Positions 8,580 through 18,354 of a stretch of 44,838 bases of DNA are shown in pieces; positions within the stretch are counted from its first letter, which is position 1; every line of letters starts with the position of its first letter. The DNA comes from a bacterium. GTDB lineage: Bacteria; Auribacterota; UBA3054. Both the position numbers and the translations under genes were made by a program. The notes beneath the pieces were generated by a model. It made no database searches. It was given only the letters and a program-made list of their open reading frames with translations, and was not told where the DNA came from. Location of the stretch: positions 1 to 44,838 of the forward strand of contig JAGCDY010000074.1 in NCBI GenBank assembly GCA_017650925.1, read 5' to 3'.

Positions 8580-9389
8580 CTAGATGTAGGCCGCGAGAAG
8601 CTTTATGAGCGAATCGCCGCCTTTCGCGCACGCTTCGGCCACGCTCTCGTGGGTGATCTTCGGCCCGCCCTTTTTCGCCGCGGGGTTCGAGACCAGCGTA
8701 ATGCCGCTGACAATAGCTCCCATGTGGTGGGCCGCCTCCGCCTCCAAGACCGTCGACATTCCGACTACGTCGGCTCCCAGGATCCTGAGCATGTTCACTT
8801 CCGCCGGCGTTTCGAAAGAGGGTCCGTGCATGCCGGCGTAAACGCCGCGGTGAAGCTTGACGCCGACGGATTTGGCGCAGGCCATGATGTCGGTGTTGCA
8901 GTCCTCGTTGTAAAGCGTCGTCATGTCCGGGAAACGCGTGCCCATCCTTTCGTCGTTGAAGCCGGTCAGTGAGGAGACGCCCTGGTTGTTTATCTGGTCC
9001 TCTATCAGCATAAGGTCTCCGGGCGCCAGATGAGGGGCTATGCCGCCGGCGGCGTTCGTCAATATGACGTGCGAGGCGCCCCAGATTATTATGGAGCGCA
9101 GAAGCCTGACCACGTCAGCGGGCGCGTTGCCTTCGTAAAGATGCACTCTCCCCCGCATAACGGCGATCACTTTTCCGTTCAGCCGCCCTACAAGAAGCGA
9201 GCCGACGTGCGACTGAACGGTCGAAACTGGAACGTAGGGTATGTCGGAATAAGGGATCTCGTTTATCGGCTCCACGGCTTGGCTGAATTTGTCGAGCCCG
9301 GAGCCTAGGACGACGGACTTCTCGGGCTCGACGTCGCATTTGTCGTTCAGGAACGAGCAGATCTGTCTGATTTTTTCGTACTCCAGCAT
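8580..9389 (-). CDS. punA: Purine nucleoside phosphorylase (trimeric PNP/XapA family)
   Basis: Motifs VVLGSGL, GRVHLYEG, LTNAAGG, GPSFETPAE, GADVVGMSTVLE and HESV. Confidence 0.93.
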   Translation of the reverse strand: MLEYEKIRQICSFLNDKCDVEPEKSVVLGSGLDKFSQAVEPINEIPYSDIPYVPVSTVQSHVGSLLVGRLNGKVIAVMRGRVHLYEGNAPADVVRLLRSIIIWGASHVILTNAAGGIAPHLAPGDLMLIEDQINNQGVSSLTGFNDERMGTRFPDMTTLYNEDCNTDIMACAKSVGVKLHRGVYAGMHGPSFETPAEVNMLRILGADVVGMSTVLEAEAAHHMGAIVSGITLVSNPAAKKGGPKITHESVAEACAKGGDSLIKLLAAYI

Positions 9390-9398
9390 AGGTCTCCT

Positions 9399-10706
9399 TT
9401 AGGAAATTTTCAATTGACGAACGCAGGAAGGCCGCGTTTCCGGCTCCTCGCCCACTAAGAAAAGTTCCGGCAGCTCCGATACGTCAAAAGGCTTGGAGGA
9501 ATAGACCTCCATGATAGTCTCGCCTTTTTCGACCTTGTCGCCCAATTTCTTGTTGAAGCGCAGCCCGGGCTTGTGGTCTATTTTGTCAGTCAAAACACGG
9601 CGCCCGGCGCCCAGGCGGATGAGAAGCTGCCCCAGGCCGAAGGTGTCTATCTTCCTTATGAATCCGCTCTCCTTGGCCTTGTATTCCGTAAGGTTGTCGG
9701 CCGGAGAAAGGATCATGTCCAGATTTTCCACGGCCCATTTTTCCGCGCCCTGGGAAGAGATGATCTTGAGGAAGCGCTCGTAGGCTTCCCCGCTTTTTAT
9801 AAGCTTCTCCAATTCGGGGCGGAAATCCCTCTTCTTATCTTCGGGGAACGCTAGCCTGCACATGGATTCCGCCAGGCTAAGGGTGACCAGGCGGAAGCGC
9901 TCCTCCGTCCTTTCCCCTCTCAGCATCCTTACGGCTTCCATGACTTCCACGCCGTTGCCGGCCCATTCGCCCAAAGGCTCGTTCATATCCGTCAGCAAGA
10001 CTTCCGTGCGCACGCCGAAAGAGGTGGAAGTTCTGAACAGCGACATGGCCAGTTCCTCGGCGTCGCTTACGGTCCGCATGAAGGCGCCGCTGCCGTATTT
10101 CACGTCCAAAACAAGCCCGTCCAGCGTTTCGCAGAGCTTTTTCCCCAGGATCGAGGCGGTGATGAGGCCCACGGAATCAACGGTGCCCGTCACGTCCCTC
10201 AGGGCGTAGAGCCTTTTGTCAAGTTTCGCCACGTCGTCGGTCTGAGTCATGAAGATCGCGCCGTTCTCCCTAAGGAATCCCCTGGCCTCCTCCCAGGTGA
10301 ACTGCTGGAACAGTCCCGGGATGGATTCCAGCTTGTCGACCGTCCCGCCTGTGTGGCCCAATCCCCTGCCGGCCAAAGTCGGCACCAGCGCTCCCATGCA
10401 GGCGAGGAGCGGGAGGAGAACGATGGTCGGCTTGTCCCCCACGCCGCCCGTGGAATGCTTGTCGACGACAGGCTTGCCGTAGTAACTTTCCTTCGGGCGC
10501 CGCCTGCCGCTCTCCACGATGCACTCCGTCATGCAAAGGACTTCCGAGGGATCCAGACCCTTTATGCAGGCGGCCATTAGCCAGGCGGACATCTGGTAAT
10601 CAGCCACCTCGCCCGACATGTAACCGGCGAAAAAGCGCCGCAGGTCGTCAGCTTTTATGATCTCGCCGCGCTTTTTGGCCTCTATCACTTCAATGGGAGT
10701 TTTCAT
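9399..10706 (-). CDS. pdp: Pyrimidine-nucleoside/thymidine phosphorylase
   Basis: Motifs DYQMSAWLMA, VDKHSTGGVGDK, GRGLGHTGGTVDKLESIPG, LYALRDVTGTV, LDVKYGSGAFM and LGAGR. Confidence 0.95.
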   Translation of the reverse strand: MKTPIEVIEAKKRGEIIKADDLRRFFAGYMSGEVADYQMSAWLMAACIKGLDPSEVLCMTECIVESGRRRPKESYYGKPVVDKHSTGGVGDKPTIVLLPLLACMGALVPTLAGRGLGHTGGTVDKLESIPGLFQQFTWEEARGFLRENGAIFMTQTDDVAKLDKRLYALRDVTGTVDSVGLITASILGKKLCETLDGLVLDVKYGSGAFMRTVSDAEELAMSLFRTSTSFGVRTEVLLTDMNEPLGEWAGNGVEVMEAVRMLRGERTEERFRLVTLSLAESMCRLAFPEDKKRDFRPELEKLIKSGEAYERFLKIISSQGAEKWAVENLDMILSPADNLTEYKAKESGFIRKIDTFGLGQLLIRLGAGRRVLTDKIDHKPGLRFNKKLGDKVEKGETIMEVYSSKPFDVSELPELFLVGEEPETRPSCVRQLKIS

Positions 10707-11869
10707 GACAGCACGCTCCTTCCGAAGGCAAGGTGAGGAAGATCCAATATCTCGGCGACCGTGGCTCCTAGGTCGGCGTACGTCTCCCTAGTCCCGAGAT
10801 CCCTGGGCTCCTCTTCCGGCGAATAGAAAAGCAGAGGCACCCTTTCCCTCGTGTGGTCCGTGCCCTTGTAAGTGGGATCCAGCCCGTGGTCCGCCGAGAT
10901 AAAGAGATAGTCGTTTCTTCCGAGGCTCAAAAGCAGCGGACCCAAAAGCTCGTCGAATTCCTCCAGGCACTTCGCGTATCCCGAGGGGTCGCGCCTGTGG
11001 CCGTAGAGCATGTCGAAGTCCACGAGGTTCGCGAAGATCAAGCCGTTCTTCTGCTCCTTCAGGGCTTCCATAACTTTCGCCATGCCGTCTCTGTTGGAAA
11101 CGGTGTGGACGGCTTTCGTCACGCCGACTTTGGCGTAGATGTCCTCGATCTTGCCGATGGCGTAGAAAGGCAGCCCCTTGTCCCTGAGGTGCGTGAGAAG
11201 GTTCGGCTCCGGCGGGCTCATCGAATAATCCCTTCTTCTCGGGGTGCGCGTGAAATCGTCCGCCTTCGTTCCGACAAAGGGCCTGGCTATGACCCTACCG
11301 ATGTTCAGCTCATCCGCCATGGCCCTTGTCGCGCGGCAGACTTCGTAAAGCCTTTCAAGGCCGAAGCGCTCTTCGTGCGCGGCGATCTGGAAGACGGAGT
11401 CGGCCGAAGTGTAAACTATGGGGAAGCCTGTCTTCAAATGCTCTTCGCCAAGCTCCTTTATGACGACCGTCCCGCTGATCGGCCTGTTGCAAAGGTAGCC
11501 CGGAACGCCCGCCGCCTTCATCCATCTTCTCAAAAAGTCCTCCGGAAAGCCGTCCGGGAAAGTGGCGAAGGGCTGCTCCATGCGGCAGCCGATCATCTCC
11601 CAATGCCCGGTGGTGGTGTCCTTGCCGCAGTTTATTTCCGTCATGCGGCCATAGCTGGCGATGGGATGATCGCTCGGCGGGCAGCCCAATATTTCCCTCG
11701 GCTCTATGCTGCCCAGGCCCATTTTCTGAAGGTTGGGAATCTTCAGGCCGCCGACTTTTTCCGCGGTGTGGGCGAGCGTCGAGGCCCCCGGATCGCCGTA
11801 ATTGGCGGCGTCCGGAGCGTGCCCTATCCCGACGGAGTCGAGGATTATTATGATAACGCGCTTATCCAT
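10703..11869 (-). CDS. deoB: Phosphopentomutase
   Basis: Motifs LDSVGIG, GKDTTTGHWE, YTSADSVFQIAAHE, GRVIARPF, NLVDFDMLYGHRRD, ADHGLDP and DHTRE. Confidence 0.96.
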   Translation of the reverse strand: MDKRVIIIILDSVGIGHAPDAANYGDPGASTLAHTAEKVGGLKIPNLQKMGLGSIEPREILGCPPSDHPIASYGRMTEINCGKDTTTGHWEMIGCRMEQPFATFPDGFPEDFLRRWMKAAGVPGYLCNRPISGTVVIKELGEEHLKTGFPIVYTSADSVFQIAAHEERFGLERLYEVCRATRAMADELNIGRVIARPFVGTKADDFTRTPRRRDYSMSPPEPNLLTHLRDKGLPFYAIGKIEDIYAKVGVTKAVHTVSNRDGMAKVMEALKEQKNGLIFANLVDFDMLYGHRRDPSGYAKCLEEFDELLGPLLLSLGRNDYLFISADHGLDPTYKGTDHTRERVPLLFYSPEEEPRDLGTRETYADLGATVAEILDLPHLAFGRSVLS

Positions 11870-13590
11870 CAGTTGTCTATGCTCCAGTAAGATTCGAACT
11901 GCCCGGGCAGATATCTCTCAAGGGACGAGCCGCCCACGAATTCCCTCAGTATGCTGTTTTCCGGAATAAGCGACGAGCCCATCGGCTCGAAGAAGCTGAG
12001 CAGCTGCAGAAGGCCTTTCGCCTTTGGGTACGCCGGGCTGTCGTGTTTTATCTGCAGAAGAAGAGGCTCGGCGATGGGCTTCAGAACGCACAGCTCGTAG
12101 AGGAACATGGAGTTGAAGATGGCGTCCGCGTGCTCCTGGTACGGGAAGATGTTCTTATATTCGCCGCGCCTGATGCTCGCCCACCTCATGATCGTCTGCT
12201 CGGCCGAATGCCCCCTGGTCCTCGCGTCGCGGACGATCCTCCTTATCATGCGGGAGTCGCTGGTGGAGATGTGATGGTGGCGGTCGAGGTTCAGGGGCGT
12301 CAGGGGCGAAATGTAAATATGGAAAACGTTTTCTTTGGGGATCCCCTGCGTCAGGAGCGGATTGAGGCCGTGGATGCCCTCGGCAATCAGTATCTGGCTC
12401 TCCTTCAAGTGCAGTTTCGGACCCACGCCCCTTGTCCCGGTTATGAAATCGTACTTGGGCAGCACGACTTCCCTGCCCTTTATAAGCTCGTTGATGTCGC
12501 TGTCGAGGAGCTCAATGTCCATGGCGTGGATGCTCTCGAAGTCATACTCGCCGTTTTCATCCCTGGGAGTTTTGTCGCGCTCCACGAAATAGCGGTCCAT
12601 CTCCAAGGTAACCGGCTTGATGCCGCAGGTCTGCAGCGCGATGGCCAAGCGTTTCGAGAAGGTGGTCTTGCCGGAAGAGGACGGGCCGGCTATAAGGACC
12701 AGTTTCACCGTTTCCTTTTTCGCGATCTCCCTTGCGATGGAGGTTATCTGGGAAGCCTGGGCCGACTCCGAGACCAGTATCCCCTCGTGCGTTTCGCCTT
12801 TCTTTATGATGGCGTTCAGCTGCGGGACCGTGCCGACGTCGAGCTGGTTCGCGAGCTTGACGGCTTTTTTGAAAGCGTTGTCAACCAGCGTGATCTTCTC
12901 GGCCAGGGCTTCGGCCCTTTGGATGTCCGTCCGGCTCGGCACCAAAACGAATCCCATGGCGGACGGCCGGAGCGCCAGCCTCCTCAGGTATCCCATGGAG
13001 ATGACTAGCGGGCCGTGGAAATAGTCGAAGTATTTCCCCACCCTGACGAAGTAGGCTTTCTCGTCCTTGGCAAGCTTTTTCAAAAAATAGATCTTGTCTT
13101 CCTCGTTTTCCTCGGTCAATATCCTCTCGCCCTCCTCGACGGTCTTCTGTTCGAAGACTACGGGGACGTCGGCTTCGACCATCTCCCGCATTTTGTCCTC
13201 GACCTTTTTGAGTTCTTCCTTCGAGACGGGCAGGGAGGAGCGGCAGAAAAGCCCGCCCATGGGCTGGCGGTAATCGGTGAAGATCTTGTGGTCCGGCAGG
13301 ACTTCCTTGAACGCCGTGACAAGCAGAAGCACCAGGCTGCGGTTGTAGAGAAGCCTGCCGATCTCATGCTTCCTCGTGAGAGGCTCGAGGCAAACGTCCT
13401 TTGGAGGAGCGTAGTTCAGGGTATGCAGCTCGTTGTCGCACAGCGCCGCGAGGTAAAGGTAGGGATCTTCCGGGTAAGCGGCGGCGATTATATCCTTGAG
13501 TTTCGTTCCCAAAGGGGCGCAGAATATCCTTCCGTCGGGAAGCGTGACGTAAATATTCGTCCTGGGAGACGTTTCTTTTATTTCCGGCAT
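11869..13590 (-). CDS. Nucleoside (uridine) kinase with N-terminal TGS/ThrRS-like domain
   Basis: The N-terminus resembles ThrRS N1/N2 (VTLPDG...Y.RSL.LLL..A). The C-terminal kinase has P-loop AGPSSSGKTT, EGIHGLNP, RRIVRD.R.RG and IFPYQE.AD. First gene of the salvage operon, with a GAGGAG RBS. Confidence 0.88.
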   Translation of the reverse strand: MPEIKETSPRTNIYVTLPDGRIFCAPLGTKLKDIIAAAYPEDPYLYLAALCDNELHTLNYAPPKDVCLEPLTRKHEIGRLLYNRSLVLLLVTAFKEVLPDHKIFTDYRQPMGGLFCRSSLPVSKEELKKVEDKMREMVEADVPVVFEQKTVEEGERILTEENEEDKIYFLKKLAKDEKAYFVRVGKYFDYFHGPLVISMGYLRRLALRPSAMGFVLVPSRTDIQRAEALAEKITLVDNAFKKAVKLANQLDVGTVPQLNAIIKKGETHEGILVSESAQASQITSIAREIAKKETVKLVLIAGPSSSGKTTFSKRLAIALQTCGIKPVTLEMDRYFVERDKTPRDENGEYDFESIHAMDIELLDSDINELIKGREVVLPKYDFITGTRGVGPKLHLKESQILIAEGIHGLNPLLTQGIPKENVFHIYISPLTPLNLDRHHHISTSDSRMIRRIVRDARTRGHSAEQTIMRWASIRRGEYKNIFPYQEHADAIFNSMFLYELCVLKPIAEPLLLQIKHDSPAYPKAKGLLQLLSFFEPMGSSLIPENSILREFVGGSSLERYLPGQFESYWSIDN

Positions 13591-13740
13591 GGTTTCTCCT
13601 CTTCAAGTTTAATGAATCAGACGATTAAATTTTAGCATTTTTTGAAACGCGCGCGCCCTTTTGGCGCCTATACCAAAACGCGCGCCGTTTTTAGTATAAT
13701 TTATAAGTTAATTTAACATTTCAACCTCGTATCCAAAATT

Positions 13741-15147
13741 ATGTCTTCTTCTCTGCCACGCACGAAAATCAAGGAACTGTTCCGTTCCTTTTCCGAATCC
13801 AAAGAAGTCCTTGTCAAGGGCTGGGTGAGGACCCGCCGCGACAGCAAGGGCGGTTTCTCATTCCTTGAAATAAACGACGGCTCCTGCTTCGACAACATCC
13901 AGGCCGTCGTTCCCAATACGCTTCCCAACTACGAAAGCGAAGTTTTGAAGCTGACGACCGGCGCCAGCGTCGCCGTAAGAGGCAAAGCCGTGGCGGCCGA
14001 GGGACGCAAGCAGAGCGTCGAGATCCAGGCGGAGGAAGTTCTGGTCTACGGCTTCGCCGACCCCAACGAATACCCGCTCTTCAAGCAGAGGATGTCGGTA
14101 GAGTACCTCCGCGACATAGCGCACCTCCGCCCCCGCACCAACATAATCGGCGCCATGGAGAGGGTGAGGAACTGCGCCGCCATGGCCATCCACGAATTCT
14201 TCCAGAGCAGGGGCTTCGTCTGGGTGCACACTCCGCTCATCACGACCGCCGACTGCGAAGGCGCCGGGCAGATGTTCAAGGTCACCACTCTCGATCTCAA
14301 CGCGCTTCCCAGAACCGAGGACGGCGCCGTCGACTACAAGGAGGACTTCTTCGGCAAACCTTCCTTTCTGACCGTCTCGGGGCAATTGGACGCCGAGAAC
14401 TACGCCTGCGCCCTGGGCGACGTCTACACTTTCGGCCCGACCTTCAGGGCCGAGAATTCCAACACGCCGCGCCACCTCGCCGAGTTCTGGATGGTGGAGC
14501 CGGAAATGGCTTTCGCGGATCTCAACGACAACATGGAGATCGCGGAGGCTTTCGTAAAGCACATCGTCAGGACCGTGCTGGAAAAATGCCCTGACGAGAT
14601 CGCCTTCTTCGACCAGCGCGTCCAGCCCGGCCTGAAGGCCCAGCTCGAGGAGATTCTCGGCCAGGAGTTCGAGCGCTGCTCTTATACCAGGGCGCTTGAG
14701 ATACTCGCGAAAGCCGACCGTAAATGGGAGTTCCCCATCAATTGGGGCGACGACCTGCAGACCGAGCACGAACGCTACCTTACCGAGGAATATTTCAAGA
14801 AGCCCGTCTTCGTCATCGACTGGCCGGCCTCGCTGAAACCCTTCTATATGAAAGTCAACGCCGACGGCAAGACCGTCCGCGCCATGGACTGCTTAGTCCC
14901 CCGCTTCGGCGAAATTATAGGCGGCAGCCAGCGCGAGGAAGACCTTGAGGTCATGGACCGCCGCATCGACGAACTGGGCATGAAGAAAGAGGAATACTGG
15001 TGGTACCGCGATCTCAGGCGCTTCGGCACCGTGCCGCATTCCGGCTTCGGCTTGGGCTTCGAGAGGATCATTCTTTTCGTGACAGGCATCGCCAACATCA
15101 GGGACGTCATCCCCTTCCCGAGGACTCCCAAGAACGCCAATTTCTAA
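13741..15147 (+). CDS. asnS: Asparagine--tRNA ligase
   Basis: Motifs [73 protein letters not shown] and [12 protein letters not shown]. Confidence 0.98.
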   Translation: MSSSLPRTKIKELFRSFSESKEVLVKGWVRTRRDSKGGFSFLEINDGSCFDNIQAVVPNTLPNYESEVLKLTTGASVAVRGKAVAAEGRKQSVEIQAEEVLVYGFADPNEYPLFKQRMSVEYLRDIAHLRPRTNIIGAMERVRNCAAMAIHEFFQSRGFVWVHTPLITTADCEGAGQMFKVTTLDLNALPRTEDGAVDYKEDFFGKPSFLTVSGQLDAENYACALGDVYTFGPTFRAENSNTPRHLAEFWMVEPEMAFADLNDNMEIAEAFVKHIVRTVLEKCPDEIAFFDQRVQPGLKAQLEEILGQEFERCSYTRALEILAKADRKWEFPINWGDDLQTEHERYLTEEYFKKPVFVIDWPASLKPFYMKVNADGKTVRAMDCLVPRFGEIIGGSQREEDLEVMDRRIDELGMKKEEYWWYRDLRRFGTVPHSGFGLGFERIILFVTGIANIRDVIPFPRTPKNANF

Positions 15148-15148
15148 A

Positions 15149-15757
15149 ATGAGCGAAGAAAAAAACATAGTTTGGCACAAGCAGAGCGTAGGAAGGACTG
15201 AAAGGGAAACCAAGAACGGTCATTCCGGCTGCGTCTTGTGGTACACCGGGCTTTCCGGCAGCGGAAAATCCACCTTGGCCAACGAAGTCGAAAAAGAGCT
15301 CTTCAGATCCGGCGCGCAAAGCTATCTTCTGGACGGCGACAATGTCCGCCACGGCCTCAACGGCGACCTGGGCTTCAGTGAGGAAGACCGCCGGGAGAAC
15401 ATCAGAAGGATCGGCGAAGTGGCCAAGCTTTTCGCCGATTCCGGGACCATAGTCGGCGTCGCCTTCATCTCCCCCTACCGGGAGGACAGGGAAAGGGCAA
15501 GAAAGATCGTCGAGTCTTCCGGGCTGAAATTTTTGGAGATATACGTGAAGTGCCCGCTCGCGGTCTGCGAGCAGAGGGACCCCAAGGGGCTCTACAAAAA
15601 AGCCCGCGCCGGCGAGATCAAAAACTTCACAGGACTCGACGCTCCCTATGAGGAACCTCAAAATTGTGAGCTCGTCCTGGACAGTTCCCTTCGCTCGCCC
15701 AAGGAACTTTCCCTCGAAGTAATAGGATTTTTAAAACGAATACACATTTTGTTGTAA
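15149..15757 (+). CDS. cysC: Adenylyl-sulfate (APS) kinase
   Basis: Motifs [53 protein letters not shown] and FTGLDAPYE. Confidence 0.96.
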   Translation: MSEEKNIVWHKQSVGRTERETKNGHSGCVLWYTGLSGSGKSTLANEVEKELFRSGAQSYLLDGDNVRHGLNGDLGFSEEDRRENIRRIGEVAKLFADSGTIVGVAFISPYREDRERARKIVESSGLKFLEIYVKCPLAVCEQRDPKGLYKKARAGEIKNFTGLDAPYEEPQNCELVLDSSLRSPKELSLEVIGFLKRIHILL

Positions 15758-15807
15758 AATAAGAGTGAGGGCCCCCGTTACGAACCCCCGGGCCCAAATT
15801 ATAAGAA

Positions 15808-16749
15808 ATGTTCAAATATATTCCCGTTTTAGTTTTGGCTCTGCTTCTTGTCTCATCACTCAACGGCTGCAAGAAGGAAAAGAAGGCGGCACCTGAAACT
15901 GCCAGCGAAGTTAAAGAAACGAAAGACATGGGCGCCAGACCCCAGCGCGCCAAAAAGATCAAAGATACGCTCTCCGGGCTGGAAGAGGCTGACCGCGCCG
16001 CCGCCCTGAAACTTCTGAGAGACGAACACCGCGAACAGAAAAACAAGAAGGATGAAAAGGAAGAGGAAGTCGAGATGACTCCCGGCTTCTTCCCCGTGTC
16101 CGACGGCGCCAGACAACTCATAGACGAGGCCAATCTCCTTTTGCGCCAGGGCGCCGATTCCGACAGCAAGATCGAAGCGCTCGAAAACCTCATAGGAATA
16201 GACCATCCTGACATACTCCCGACCATTGAGCTGGCTCTCGACGACGAAGACCCCGTTGTCAGGGAAGTTGCTCTGGACGCCATCATGAACATCAACAGCG
16301 AGGAAGTCGTCCCCGTAGTCGTGAAAGCCCTCGACGACCCCGAGCCGGATCTCAGGCTCATATCCCTGGACGCCCTGATGGACGTGCAGGGAGAATCCAT
16401 CAACGAAGCGCTCCAGAAAGCCATGAAGGACGAAAATGAGGAAGTCAGGGAAGGCGTGATGGATCTTCTCTTCATCTCCGAAAACCCCGCGGCGCTCCCG
16501 ACCATCAAGACGGCCATTTCCGACTCCAGCCCGACCATCAGGGAAGGCGCGCTGATGTGCATCGAGGACATCAGGGACAAGGGCGCCGTCGACATTCTCA
16601 TCTACGACGGACTTCTCAGCAACTACGAGGACGTCAGGGAAGCGAGCAAAGAAGCCCTTGAGTTCATCACGGACGAGGAGTTCGAGACTTACGACGACGC
16701 CAAGGCCTGGTGGACGAAGAACCGCTCCTCATTCGAGTTCGACTTCTGA
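15808..16749 (+). CDS. HEAT-repeat lipoprotein
   Basis: Signal peptide with lipobox LNGC followed by Lys-rich residues. Tandem repeats ALDDEDPVVREVAL, ALDDPEPDLRLISL, AMKDENEEVREGVM and AISDSSPTIREGAL. Confidence 0.85.
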   Translation: MFKYIPVLVLALLLVSSLNGCKKEKKAAPETASEVKETKDMGARPQRAKKIKDTLSGLEEADRAAALKLLRDEHREQKNKKDEKEEEVEMTPGFFPVSDGARQLIDEANLLLRQGADSDSKIEALENLIGIDHPDILPTIELALDDEDPVVREVALDAIMNINSEEVVPVVVKALDDPEPDLRLISLDALMDVQGESINEALQKAMKDENEEVREGVMDLLFISENPAALPTIKTAISDSSPTIREGALMCIEDIRDKGAVDILIYDGLLSNYEDVREASKEALEFITDEEFETYDDAKAWWTKNRSSFEFDF

Positions 16750-16752
16750 TAA

Positions 16753-18240
16753 ATGAAGATCTCCATAAGCTATCCTCCCCTTCCCAGCGAAAAGGGCGTT
16801 CCCCTTCTCGGACAGAACAGGCAGTTCCAGTACTTCAACAAGCCGACCTACATTTACCCGATGGTCCCGGCTTACGCGGCCAGCCTTTTGAAAGAAGCCG
16901 GCCACGAAGTCTTCTGGCGGGACGGAATAGCGGAGAAAAAAACTTACGAGGAATGGGAACGTGAGCTTATCAAAGCCTCGCCCGACGTCGTGGTCTTCGA
17001 ATCCAAATGCCCCGTCATAGCGAAGCACTGGAAGCTGATCGATTCCCTGAAAGACAAGCTTCCCGAAGCGCTCTTCGTCCTGGTCGGCGACCACGTCACG
17101 GCGGAGCCAATGGAATCTTTTTCCAATTCAAAGGTCGACGTCGTAATATCCGGCGGCGACTACGATTTTCTGCTGCTTGACCTCGCGAATCATCTGGAAA
17201 AAGGAACGCCCCTTCCTCCCGGCTTCTACGTAAGCGAGAAGACAAAAAGGATAAAGGTTGAAAACGCGGAAAACATAGGAGGCGTTTTCTTCACCGGGAA
17301 GCCCATTTTGAACCACGATCTCAATACCCTCCCCTTCATCGACCGCGACCTGACCAAATGGAAGCTCTACGCCTACGAGAACGGCAACTTCAAATTCACC
17401 CCCGGCACTTACGTCTACTCCGGGCGCGACTGCTGGTGGGGAAAGTGCACCTTCTGCGTCTGGGACAACACGCTTAACCCCTGCGGAAGCTACCGCAGCT
17501 TCACCCCGGAAAGGCTTTTCGCGGAAGTAAAATACCTAATAGACACCTATCACGTAAAGGAGATCTTCGACGACGCGGGCAGCATGTTCGCCGGGGACAG
17601 GATGAAAAAATTCTGCCGTCTCCTCATAGAGAGCGGCTACAACAAAAAGGCGGTCTTTGGCTGCAACATGCGCTTCGACGGCATGGACAAGGAAGGCTAC
17701 GAACTGATGAAGCAAGCGAATTTCCGCTTCGTCCTCTTCGGTTTGGAGAGCGGAAACCAAACGACGCTCGACCGCATAAAGAAAGGCATAACCTTGGAGC
17801 AGATAGAAAAAGGCGCCAAGGAATGCAAGGAGGCCGGATTGATGCCTCACGTGACGGTGATGCTCGGATATCCCTGGGAAACCAAGGAAGACGCCGAAAG
17901 GACCGTCGCCTTCGCGAAAAAGCTTTTCAAGCTGGGATACATCGACACCCTGCAGGCCACCGTCTGCATCCCCTATCCCGGCACTCCCCTGCACAGGGAA
18001 TGCAAAGAAAAGGGCTGGCTCATTACGGAGAACTACGAGGACTACGACATGAGGCGTCCCGTCATGAAGTCCCCGCTTGATGAAAAAGAGATCATGCGCC
18101 TCACAAGAGAGATCTACCGCTCCTTCATGAGCCCCGCCTTCATATGGCGCAAAATTATCGGCATTCGCTCGTTTTCCGACATAAAATTCCTCTTTACGGC
18201 CGGCCTTAGGGTTCTGGGACATCTTACTGATTTCAGCTAA
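16753..18240 (+). CDS. B12-binding-domain radical SAM protein
   Basis: N-terminal B12-binding-like region (YAASLLKEAGHEV...VLVGDHVT), cluster motif CWWGKCTFC, FGLESGNQ, MLGYPWET and PYPGTPL. Confidence 0.88.
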   Translation: MKISISYPPLPSEKGVPLLGQNRQFQYFNKPTYIYPMVPAYAASLLKEAGHEVFWRDGIAEKKTYEEWERELIKASPDVVVFESKCPVIAKHWKLIDSLKDKLPEALFVLVGDHVTAEPMESFSNSKVDVVISGGDYDFLLLDLANHLEKGTPLPPGFYVSEKTKRIKVENAENIGGVFFTGKPILNHDLNTLPFIDRDLTKWKLYAYENGNFKFTPGTYVYSGRDCWWGKCTFCVWDNTLNPCGSYRSFTPERLFAEVKYLIDTYHVKEIFDDAGSMFAGDRMKKFCRLLIESGYNKKAVFGCNMRFDGMDKEGYELMKQANFRFVLFGLESGNQTTLDRIKKGITLEQIEKGAKECKEAGLMPHVTVMLGYPWETKEDAERTVAFAKKLFKLGYIDTLQATVCIPYPGTPLHRECKEKGWLITENYEDYDMRRPVMKSPLDEKEIMRLTREIYRSFMSPAFIWRKIIGIRSFSDIKFLFTAGLRVLGHLTDFS

Positions 18241-18354
18241 GATAAATGCCAATCGCCCGATCCCTAAATTTTTGGATTATGTGATGGGCTTGATTTTCGA
18301 TGGCTACTTATAGTATAATTGGACGCTGGTTTTAACAATTTGGGAAAAATCCTA

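Noticed and set aside
10853-13635. Long plus-strand ORFs (345, 321 and 206 aa) opposite deoB and the kinase
   Set aside because: Antisense shadows of clearly identified genes. The same applies to 3408-4409, 13858-14769, 15627-16601, 34919-35908 and 39970-40944.
15768-15795. GGGCCC...GGGCCC possible hairpin between cysC and the HEAT gene
   Set aside because: Short stem, large loop and no U-tract, so there is not enough support for a terminator.
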